Below, in pieces: positions 17,726 through 25,569 of a stretch of 34,138 bases of DNA. How positions within the stretch are numbered: position 1 is the stretch's first letter; every line of letters starts with the position of its first letter. The notes beneath the pieces are model-generated. The model was not told where the DNA came from and ran no database searches. It saw only the letters and a list, made by a program, of their open reading frames with translations. Origin of the DNA: Geodermatophilaceae bacterium (GTDB lineage: Bacteria; Actinomycetota; Actinomycetes; Mycobacteriales; Geodermatophilaceae); contig JACCQS010000380.1 in assembly GCA_013814015.1 (NCBI GenBank), positions 1 to 34,138 of the forward strand. The letters are read 5' to 3'. The translations under genes and the position numbers were made by a program.

Positions 17726-18498
17726 AGGTAACCCAAGCCGCGATGTACCTGCGACTCATCGACCGTCACTCGGTAACCGCGGCGCCGGAGGCTGTGTGCA
17801 ATCTCGCCGACGTCGCGACCTGAACTCTCGTGGTATTCCATGACGATACGTGAGATCGCGTCGAAGACGGCATCAGGCGTGTCCAAAATGATCTCGAACT
17901 CGGCCCCTTCGCAATCGAGCTTGAGTAAGTCACAGTGACTGTCCGGTAGCGAAGGGAGCAGCGTCGACAGGGTTTTTCCTGGAACCGCATCGGGCGAGTC
18001 GGCGTCGACGTCGGAGGCGGCAGCGTGGAGCGATCGCAAACCGGCCTGACTCGGAGGGAGGTGCATCAGACGTTCGGTGGCAACGACTGCGGCCCGCTCC
18101 ACGATCACCTGTGATTCGGCGAGGCCGTTGAGGCGCAAGTTCGTCCGGAGAAGGTCGAGGGACGCGGCGGCAGGATCGACAGCGAGGATGACGCTGGCTC
18201 CCTGCTTCAGAGCGTGGACGACGAACTCGCCACTGGCACAACCGATATCGATGATGGTCCAACCCGGCTGAACCGCCAGGCCATGCTGACCGTAGAAGTC
18301 GTCAAGAAGCGTCTCCTTGATCGACCAAAGCTCCATGAAGCCACGGGCCTGCATCTTCGTGCCGTCAACTGAGACGGTGACGGGCGTTCCTTCCTCCCGC
18401 CGCGCGAGGAGCCTCAACGGAGCACCCAGCGGACGGACGCTACGCAGCAGCGTGCCTATTGAACCCAGGTAGTACGGGGCCGCACTGGCCTTGCGCAT
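17689..18498 (-). CDS. FkbM-family SAM-dependent methyltransferase
   Basis: IIDIGCASGEFVV (motif I) and LLKLDCEGAEFEIIL (FkbM motif). GAGGAG lies 8 nt upstream of the ATG at 18498. Confidence 0.85.
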   Translation of the reverse strand: MRKASAAPYYLGSIGTLLRSVRPLGAPLRLLARREEGTPVTVSVDGTKMQARGFMELWSIKETLLDDFYGQHGLAVQPGWTIIDIGCASGEFVVHALKQGASVILAVDPAAASLDLLRTNLRLNGLAESQVIVERAAVVATERLMHLPPSQAGLRSLHAAASDVDADSPDAVPGKTLSTLLPSLPDSHCDLLKLDCEGAEFEIILDTPDAVFDAISRIVMEYHESSGRDVGEIAHSLRRRGYRVTVDESQVHRGLGYLYAARPDRRRPA

Positions 18499-18506
18499 GT
18501 TGCGGT

Positions 18507-18531
18507 CTCCTCATGCCATGACATTGAGGAG
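18507..18531 (-). promoter_or_regulatory. Hairpin that sequesters the Shine-Dalgarno of the FkbM gene
   Basis: CTCCTCA (18507-18513) pairs with TGAGGAG (18525-18531): 7-bp stem, 11-nt loop. On the minus-strand mRNA the 3' arm is the GAGGAG SD of the CDS starting at 18498. Confidence 0.45.
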
Positions 18532-18578
18532 GTAGATGATCTCACTCGTGTCGGTTGGGCGTCGAGTTTGCCATGGCG

Positions 18579-20645
18579 TTACGCGAGCTGTCCGCCAACC
18601 GACGTCCACGTCGATCCGGTACCAGTTGGATTCGTGGCATTCAGCCACAAGCCAGAATCAGTGCCGCGTACGAAGGTCCACACCGTGCCGTCAGCCCACT
18701 CGACAGTCGCCGTCGCCGAAGTCGCCTGGCCACCGAGAGACAACTGCGCGAGTGACGATCGAATCTGTAGAAGTGAGCCAGTCGCCGTATTGACGGTGAC
18801 ACTGCCAACGCTGCGTGCCCAGAACGCGGTCGCTCCGACGCTCGGCGCCGCCGTCGAGATCTGTCCCGTCGCGGTCCAGGCTCCCGCTGGTCCTCCGGTC
18901 CAGTGCAGAAGTCGAGACCACACCAAGCCGTCCGTGCCAACAACCCGGATGCGGTAGAGGGAACTGCTCGACGCCTCGAGTGCCGGAGCGGAGATGCTCA
19001 GGCCGTCGAGTCGGGTCCACTCGCGCCAGACTGAGCCGTCCCACGTCAGCTGCCAGAGAGCGTTGTCCGTGCCGCGTGCGGTTACGGAGAGCACACCGTT
19101 CCCCGTGGAGGCGGCTGCCGGCGCCGTCGTGAGAACCCCGCCCAACCGGCGCCATGGTGTCCAGGAGGTTGGTTCGCCGCTTGCCGACGTGAACGTGACC
19201 GCTTGCCACAATGCGCCGTCCAGCCCGATGACGAACAGATCAACTCGCTTGCCATCCCAGCTCACAGCGGCCGGGGCTCCGACGAGTGTTCCTTCCGGCA
19301 CGGTGGTCCAAGCGCCGAATACACCGCCTCGTCCTACCTTGTAGACGACAGTGCCATCCGTGGCGCGAACGAACACGATGCCGGTGTCAGCGGCGGTGCG
19401 CACGGCCGCAATGCCAGCCGGTGAAATGTCCGGAAGGATCGGAGCACCCGGGAAGGAGAACCAATCCGATCGCAGACCCAGACTGCTGCGGAATTGATCA
19501 CCTGAGACGACAACGGATCGACTCGTTCCCGATACGCGGACAGCCAGGACCCGCCCGCCGTCAGCGCCCAGTCCATTGCGGGATGTGACGATCAACTCCT
19601 GCAGTTGGCCCACGCCGAATGCCGACTCGACGCTTGATGTCAGGACAGTCGTCGACCAGTTGTGGTACGGGCTGGCCGTGTCCCCGTCGTCACGTACGGC
19701 AGGAAAGGTCCCTCCAGCGGTGAAACCACCGGAAGAGGACGAGAACTCGGTACGGGCCACGGCGCCACCGAGGAGCCGGACCTGACCGTAGGTCGCATTC
19801 ACCGCGTCATCAGTCTGCGGATCTTCGATAAATCGGCCGTCTAGAGCCGCGCCCCCGTAGACCTGGCACGACGTGGTGTCGCATGTCTTGGCGTACCACG
19901 TCCGGTTCTCCGCCCACGCATAGGAACGCGCGGCGACACTTTGAGCCATCAGCGCCTGCATCCCTCGCCCCCCGTCCGCGCTGCCCCACGACGCCGGGGA
20001 CTCGCGGGGTACCACGCCCCGGAGATAGTGCTGGACGGTCAGGTAGTTGATCACCCGAATGCCGCCGTCCCATACGACACCGATGTGCCCGCGATAGGTG
20101 CGTCGCTCCGATCCGCAGGTCGTCAGCATGTCGCCGATGACCTCGGAGTACCGGTATGGCCGCATAACCGGATCCGACACGGAGAATGATCCTGTGACTG
20201 AACCGCCACAACCGGAGCGGGTGGTGAGTTGCCACGTGCCGTTCGAGTTTCGCGACAGCTGGGCACTTTGTCCGCCGCCGACCTGGTAGGGCCCGACGGT
20301 GTACGCGGCTGAGGAGACCAACTCCGGCGCAATGTTGTCCAGTGCCGAAAGCCGTACGGATATCCACGGATCACCGATGTAGCCTGCGGCTGTGTTGCTG
20401 TAATAGTGAGCCAGGATCTGCGCGTAGTCCCAGTCGTACTCCGTGGCATAGCCGTAGGAGCCCCATTGCGATAGGCCGCGCCCGTGCCCGTAGCCATGCC
20501 CGGTGATTGCGATGGTGGCCTCGGCCGCCTGTGCGCTCGCATCGTTGTCGGACATCGACGGACTCATGGTCAGCACCACTGCGAATGCCATCGTCGACAG
20601 AAGGCTGCGTGCCCAGGTGGATCGTGGCGCCGATGCCGCGGGCAT
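18579..20645 (-). CDS. Secreted SpoIID/LytB-domain protein with C-terminal six-repeat Trp-rich propeller-like module
   Basis: Signal peptide MPAASAPRSTWARSLLSTMAFAVVLTM...ASAQA, then a SpoIID signature ITGHGYGHGRGLSQWGSYGYA ... LGLRSDWFSF. About 290 aa of ~45-50-aa repeats follow (e.g. VLSVTARGTDNALWQLTWDGSVWREWTRLDG). ATG at 20645 (GGAAGG 8 nt upstream) overlaps the upstream stop as TGATG; an alternative GTG lies at 20675. Confidence 0.85.
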   Translation of the reverse strand: MPAASAPRSTWARSLLSTMAFAVVLTMSPSMSDNDASAQAAEATIAITGHGYGHGRGLSQWGSYGYATEYDWDYAQILAHYYSNTAAGYIGDPWISVRLSALDNIAPELVSSAAYTVGPYQVGGGQSAQLSRNSNGTWQLTTRSGCGGSVTGSFSVSDPVMRPYRYSEVIGDMLTTCGSERRTYRGHIGVVWDGGIRVINYLTVQHYLRGVVPRESPASWGSADGGRGMQALMAQSVAARSYAWAENRTWYAKTCDTTSCQVYGGAALDGRFIEDPQTDDAVNATYGQVRLLGGAVARTEFSSSSGGFTAGGTFPAVRDDGDTASPYHNWSTTVLTSSVESAFGVGQLQELIVTSRNGLGADGGRVLAVRVSGTSRSVVVSGDQFRSSLGLRSDWFSFPGAPILPDISPAGIAAVRTAADTGIVFVRATDGTVVYKVGRGGVFGAWTTVPEGTLVGAPAAVSWDGKRVDLFVIGLDGALWQAVTFTSASGEPTSWTPWRRLGGVLTTAPAAASTGNGVLSVTARGTDNALWQLTWDGSVWREWTRLDGLSISAPALEASSSSLYRIRVVGTDGLVWSRLLHWTGGPAGAWTATGQISTAAPSVGATAFWARSVGSVTVNTATGSLLQIRSSLAQLSLGGQATSATATVEWADGTVWTFVRGTDSGLWLNATNPTGTGSTWTSVGGQLA

Positions 20646-22705
20646 CAGAAGAGCCTTCCGCCCAGAGGCTGCCACGAGAAGACGCCCCTACTCGGGCTCC
20701 AACCGCTTGCCCACAGTTGTCCGTCGATTCCACGGACGTAGACGTCCACGCCACCATCAGGCTCCCGCACGATGCCGACGGTCGAAGTCGCAACCCCACC
20801 TACGTTGATCGTGGAGCCGTTCGCCGGGTTCAGCAACGACACCCCGCGCCGGCTGTCGCCAATCGTCAACGTGCCGGCTTGTGCTGGTGTCGGTCCCGTG
20901 GCATCGCTTTGTGGACCCAGAGACGACGGCAGCATGCCTCCGCTCCAGGCCCCTGTCGCCCCAGGCCCGTCTGCGCCGGTCGGAATCCGCCAGATGCGGC
21001 CATCGAGTCCCACAGTCGAGACGATGTACCCAGGGGCAGCACCGAGCGGAGCCCGTTCAACCGCGGGAGCGGACACCGATACACCGCCCAGGCTCGTCCA
21101 GCCGCGGTACCGGGATCCGTCCCAGTTCATCTGGAAGATGGCACCGTCGGTGCCTCGTCCGAGAATGGTCATGAGATTTGGCCCGGCGGTTGCAATCGTT
21201 GGAGCTGACGTGAAAACGCCGCCCAGGGCAACCCACGGTCGCCACGTAACGGGGACCCCGTTGACGTCGTAAGGGGCGTTGGTCACCCAATAGCCGCCGT
21301 CGACTCCGCGGACTGCAAGGTGCAGATGGGCTCCGTCACTGAATGCGGCGACCCCGAGGGTCGACACTCCGGCCGGAAGGGCTGTGTATGGACCCCATTC
21401 CCCGGCGATTGTCCTGGTTCGCGTGAACAGTGTGGAATCCGCGCCGCGGACGACGATGGTCGTCTGCCCGGAAGCAGCGCGGGCAGCAGCCACCGCGGCG
21501 TTGCTGATATCAGTCAGCGGTGTCTGCCCGGCGACTCGAGTCCGGATCTCGTCCAGTCGCGCGTAACCGTATTGCCCAGGACACGTGGTGCTGCCGACAT
21601 CTCTATGGCCGAAGATCGTGGGCAGAGTTACCGTTTGACCGGCGGGATAGCGCGAGGTTCCACCGCCACCCGATACGAGTTGGGTGGAACCCAGCGGGTT
21701 GACACCGTACAGACCGAGCTTCCACGCGATGACAGCCACGACAGCGTCGATCATCGCCGGTGGGGTGCCTACTACATCGTAGTTACCCAGCATGGACACG
21801 CCGAAAGTGAAGGTATTGAATCCCCCTGCGTGCGCCCCAATCACGGAGCTGGCAATTCCGCCGTATCGTCCTTCCCAGATTCGGCCGAACTTGTCGACAA
21901 CAGCGTTGTATCCGATGTCCCCCCAGCCACGACTGACTGCGTGGTAGTAGTAGATACCGCGCAGCAGCGCTGGTACGTCCTCCGCGTCGTAGTCGTTGGA
22001 ATCGGCGGTGTGGTGCAGCGTTGCGGCTTTCGTGGTCGATGCGTACTCCGGATTCCAGGAGCGGATGCTTTCGTCGGCTCCCCACTGAGCACGTGAGTAG
22101 ATGGGCGGGGCGGCGTTGGCCGCTGCTTCGGAAGGCTCCACCGTATTCTGCGGCTGCGACGGGGCTGCGTCGGCAGGGGAATCCCCGGGATCGAGCAGAA
22201 TAAGTCGCACGTCCTGCGGATCGGCACCTGTGAGGGTGAGAACTTCCAGCTCGACGCCGAAACTGGGACCGACCCACCGTGCTTCACTGCCGCCTCGTTG
22301 CTCCCCATTCGCGGTGGCCTCCGGATTGGGAGCCGTTCCGACGTCATCTGTTCCCAAGTCTGTCCATCCCGATGATGAACCTGCGTCGTCATACACCCGG
22401 AGCCGAAGCGCAATATTCCGCACTGCTGGATCGAGGCTCCACGTGACGGCCACCAGAGAGAATTCCGGTGTTTCTGCTTGGGTCGCGGTCAGGACGGGCG
22501 TCGTCTCGTACCCGGGAACGTCCTGCGTCGTGCCTTGTTGCACATCTCCCCCGCCGCGGGGGGCAGAGACGGTTCCGAGCGGGATCTCTTGAACGGCCGT
22601 GCGCACCGGTACGGGCGGGGGAGCCGATTGAGCGTGCACCGGAAGCAGGAGCAACAAAGTGGTCATCCCGGCCGTGGCAGCTGAACCGATCATCACACGG
22701 CGCAT
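20645..22705 (-). CDS. Secreted N-acetylmuramoyl-L-alanine amidase (Amidase_2/PGRP) with C-terminal six-repeat Trp-rich propeller-like module
   Basis: Signal peptide MRRVMIGSAATAGMTTLLLLLPVHAQS. Amidase_2 strings YSRAQWGADE, ATLHHTAD, GWGDIGYNAVVD, GAHAGGFNTFTFGVSMLGNYD, GHRDVGSTTCPG (about 21536-22108). The repeat module spans about 20648-21508. ATG at 22705 is preceded by AGGAGA; the ORF track start at 22720 is less likely. Confidence 0.88.
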   Translation of the reverse strand: MRRVMIGSAATAGMTTLLLLLPVHAQSAPPPVPVRTAVQEIPLGTVSAPRGGGDVQQGTTQDVPGYETTPVLTATQAETPEFSLVAVTWSLDPAVRNIALRLRVYDDAGSSSGWTDLGTDDVGTAPNPEATANGEQRGGSEARWVGPSFGVELEVLTLTGADPQDVRLILLDPGDSPADAAPSQPQNTVEPSEAAANAAPPIYSRAQWGADESIRSWNPEYASTTKAATLHHTADSNDYDAEDVPALLRGIYYYHAVSRGWGDIGYNAVVDKFGRIWEGRYGGIASSVIGAHAGGFNTFTFGVSMLGNYDVVGTPPAMIDAVVAVIAWKLGLYGVNPLGSTQLVSGGGGTSRYPAGQTVTLPTIFGHRDVGSTTCPGQYGYARLDEIRTRVAGQTPLTDISNAAVAAARAASGQTTIVVRGADSTLFTRTRTIAGEWGPYTALPAGVSTLGVAAFSDGAHLHLAVRGVDGGYWVTNAPYDVNGVPVTWRPWVALGGVFTSAPTIATAGPNLMTILGRGTDGAIFQMNWDGSRYRGWTSLGGVSVSAPAVERAPLGAAPGYIVSTVGLDGRIWRIPTGADGPGATGAWSGGMLPSSLGPQSDATGPTPAQAGTLTIGDSRRGVSLLNPANGSTINVGGVATSTVGIVREPDGGVDVYVRGIDGQLWASGWSPSRGVFSWQPLGGRLF

Positions 22706-22925
22706 GAACTCTCCTGTCATACCCCATCAGGGCCCGTGCCCATTAGCACGGGGGACCTCGAACCGCTCGCCCAGATTTATTCGGGCGTCCCGCGTGTCGT
22801 GCGGAGTTCCGAGGAGGCGTGGGGCTACAGTGACCTATGCGACAGCTGTGACGCAAGTGGTTGAGGGTAACAATGTTTCTCACGCCTGTCCGTCTCTTGA
22901 CGCCGATATGGCAGGGTCTTGAGAC

Positions 22926-23771
22926 ATGCGCTCAGCCAACCGTGTTCGTGCAGCGCTGCGTGCGAGTGAGGGAGCTCTTCGTCGTGCCGTATTCGCCAGC
23001 AGCCATATTCGTGACACGCTGATCGCGCAGCGCGAACTCGTGGACCGCTATCGAACGGCGGGGCATGAACCACCTGACCTGACCGCCTACGAACTGCGCG
23101 TCTTCTCCCAGAACGGCGAGGACGGTGTGATCGCCGAACTCCTTCGACGCTGTGGCGTCGGCAACAAGTTCTTCGTCGAGTTCGGCGTAGAGAACGGAAG
23201 TGAGTGCAACACGGCGTTCCTGGCCCACACGATGGGCTGGTCAGGAATCTATTTCGAACCGCACGCGCCGTCGTATGAAGCACTGGAGTTCCGGTACCGC
23301 AACAACCCTCGGGTCACGGCGCTGCCGCATGCCATCACCGCTGAGAACGTCGCGGAGAGGTTCGCCGCCGCCGGTGTACCGGATGAGCCGGACATCCTCA
23401 GCATCGACATCGACGGAAACGATTACTGGATCTGGAAGGCGCTTGACGGATATCGGCCCAGGATCGTCATCATCGAGTACAACTCCGCGTTGGATCCGGC
23501 CGTCCCGCTGGTCCAGCCCTACGGACAGGCCCAGGGATGGGATCACAGCAGCGGGTATTCGGCGTCCCTGGCCGCCTTAGAAGTTGTGGCCAAGCAGAAG
23601 GGCTACCGGCTGGCGCACACCGAGTCGATCGGGGCCAACGCATTCTTTGTGCGGGAGGATCTGGCCTCGGGACTACCAACCGAGGTGCCACGTCGGGCGG
23701 CCAACTTTGCTTTCAGCGGCGCAGGGTGGCACCCCGCTCCCAAACACCCACCCGAATGGCATCGCCCGTAG
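22926..23771 (+). CDS. Putative FkbM-like methyltransferase-fold protein
   Basis: VFSQNGEDGVIAELL...FFVEFGVENGSECNT...ILSIDIDGNDYWIWKAL...RIVIIEYNS. The SQ-x-GED plus I-D-x-x-G-x pattern resembles a subgroup annotated as FkbM or class I methyltransferases. Function is less certain than for the other two. Confidence 0.65.
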   Translation: MRSANRVRAALRASEGALRRAVFASSHIRDTLIAQRELVDRYRTAGHEPPDLTAYELRVFSQNGEDGVIAELLRRCGVGNKFFVEFGVENGSECNTAFLAHTMGWSGIYFEPHAPSYEALEFRYRNNPRVTALPHAITAENVAERFAAAGVPDEPDILSIDIDGNDYWIWKALDGYRPRIVIIEYNSALDPAVPLVQPYGQAQGWDHSSGYSASLAALEVVAKQKGYRLAHTESIGANAFFVREDLASGLPTEVPRRAANFAFSGAGWHPAPKHPPEWHRP

Positions 23772-23779
23772 CTGCGCCG

Positions 23780-24430
23780 CTACTGCTTGGCAGCCACCAC
23801 CACGAACTCGTTGTAGGGAAAGACCCTGCCAGCGATGCGCGGGAGCGGAAACGAGTATTGCCGGCGTAGGCCAAGTCCTAGGCCTTCAGCCAGCGCTCGA
23901 AGCTCGGGGAAGCCGCAGAATCGTATGTGCGTTGGGTCGGTGGTGTACCCCTTCTCCTGCGGGCAGATGAAGACAACCCTGCCCCCGGGTCGCAGGTAGT
24001 CGAGGTACTCCCGGACGATGTCCAGCGCCTGCTGCTCGCCGACGTGCTCGATCACATGGGCAAGCAACAGCGAGTCGAACGCCGCCGGAGCTGCGTGCTT
24101 TGAGGCGTGGAAGTCGGCGACGGTAAAGGCGGCAAGGCCACGAGCTTGGGCGATGGCGATCGAGTCGGCGTTGTGATCCACGCCGATCCCGTTGCCGTCC
24201 AAGTGCCCGAGATTGCGCCCGATCCCGCAGCCGATCTCGAGCACCCGTCCGAGGTTGAGCCGGCGGATATTCCACCGGTAGGGAGCTTGGACGTCCAGGA
24301 TCCGCTTCCAGCGAGCCGTCTCCAGGCGCTGCAGACGAGCGGCATAGTCCGCTCCGGCGGTGTCCTCACCGGCCAGTCCGGGACCCGGCTCGGCGGCTGA
24401 ACGGACGGAACGACCAGTCGGGCGATTCAC
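23780..24430 (-). CDS. Class I SAM-dependent methyltransferase (Methyltransf_11-like)
   Basis: VLEIGCGIGRNLGHL (motif I), GIGVDHN, FDSLLLAHVIEHV, LRPGGRVVFICP; GTG start at 24430. Confidence 0.85.
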   Translation of the reverse strand: MNRPTGRSVRSAAEPGPGLAGEDTAGADYAARLQRLETARWKRILDVQAPYRWNIRRLNLGRVLEIGCGIGRNLGHLDGNGIGVDHNADSIAIAQARGLAAFTVADFHASKHAAPAAFDSLLLAHVIEHVGEQQALDIVREYLDYLRPGGRVVFICPQEKGYTTDPTHIRFCGFPELRALAEGLGLGLRRQYSFPLPRIAGRVFPYNEFVVVAAKQ

Positions 24431-24504
24431 CCGTCGAGCCTAACGGCCGACCATGCGTGGGTAGGGTCGTAGCCCGTGCGTCGACCAACTTCGGGGCAGA
24501 GGCG

Positions 24505-25569
24505 ATGAGCCGCGAGGTCGCAAGCATCGCAGCGGTGTCTTCGCCGCTGCTGTCGGTGGTCGTTCTCGCCTACGGTGACGAGCCCTACCTCAGCGATGCT
24601 GTACGGGCGATTCTGGCTTCACAGGATCGCCGTGGCCACGAGCTGGACCTCGAGGTCGTGCTGGTCGACAACGGGGCGAGCCAGGAGGCCATGGCACAGG
24701 TTGCCGGACTGCCGCGGGTGCGCGTACTGACTCCGATGGAGAACACCGGTTTCGCCGGCGGCTGCAACCTCGGTGCGGCCAAGAGCAGGGGGGCCTTCCT
24801 GGCATTGGTCAACTCCGACGCATCGGTGACCGAGGACGCGTTGGTCAGGCTCCTGGAGGTCGCGGCCGAGTCGGGTGTCGGCATCGCGACGAGCAGTCTG
24901 CGACTGGCCGATGCGCCCGAGACGATCAACTCCGCCGGAAATCCCCTGCACCTGTCCGGGCTCGTCTGGGCAGGCTCGTACGGCCAGCCAGCGACTCGCC
25001 ATCGGAAACGCCAGCAGGTGGCCTGCGCCAGTGGGGCTGCACTGGCGCTGCGCCGCGGCCTGTGGGAGGAACTGGGCGGCTTCGCTCCGGAGTACTTCGC
25101 CTACCACGAGGACACCGAATTGAGCCTGCGCTGTTGGCAACGTGGACTGACGGTGGTCTATGTCCCGGATGCCGTGGTGCTGCACCACTACGAGTTCTCC
25201 CGTACCCCGACCAAGCTCTACCTGGTCGAGCGCAATCGACTCGTGCTGGTCGCCACTGCCTACAGCGGACGGCTGATACTGCTGCTCTCGCCACTGTTGG
25301 TCGTGTTCGAGATTGCGGTGGTCTGCTCCGCGATTGCTGGCGGTTGGTGGTCCCAGAAATGGGCCGGATGGCGCTGGGTGATCCGCAATCTTGGCTGGAT
25401 CCGGAGCCGACGAGCTCAGTTGCAGAGCGAACGCACAGTGAGCGACCGAGAACTCGCCGGTCTGTTCAGTGGTCGGCTCGATGCCGCAAACATCGACATA
25501 CCCAGAGTCATGTCGGTGTTGAACCCCCTGGTGGTCGGCTACTGGGCCGTCGTACGCCGCCTGCTCTGA
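24505..25569 (+). CDS. Glycosyltransferase family 2 with C-terminal membrane segments
   Basis: LLSVVVLAYGDEPYLSDAVRAIL, VVLVDNGAS, ENTGFAGGCNLGA, LVNSDA, YHEDTELSLR, then hydrophobic LILLLSPLLVVFEIAVVCSAIAGGWW. ATG at 24505 preferred; an alternative GTG lies at 24457. Confidence 0.85.
   Translation: MSREVASIAAVSSPLLSVVVLAYGDEPYLSDAVRAILASQDRRGHELDLEVVLVDNGASQEAMAQVAGLPRVRVLTPMENTGFAGGCNLGAAKSRGAFLALVNSDASVTEDALVRLLEVAAESGVGIATSSLRLADAPETINSAGNPLHLSGLVWAGSYGQPATRHRKRQQVACASGAALALRRGLWEELGGFAPEYFAYHEDTELSLRCWQRGLTVVYVPDAVVLHHYEFSRTPTKLYLVERNRLVLVATAYSGRLILLLSPLLVVFEIAVVCSAIAGGWWSQKWAGWRWVIRNLGWIRSRRAQLQSERTVSDRELAGLFSGRLDAANIDIPRVMSVLNPLVVGYWAVVRRLL

Noticed and set aside
22733-22752. Hairpin CCCGTGC-ccatta-GCACGGG just upstream of the amidase start.
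   Set aside because: It is only a 7-bp stem with no U-tract and no recognisable riboswitch or attenuator context. Noted, but too weak to call regulatory.
22659-22922. 87-aa ORF in the divergent intergenic region between the amidase gene and the FkbM-like gene.
   Set aside because: It overlaps the amidase 5' end, has no ribosome-binding site or motif, and lies in a region better explained as divergent promoters.
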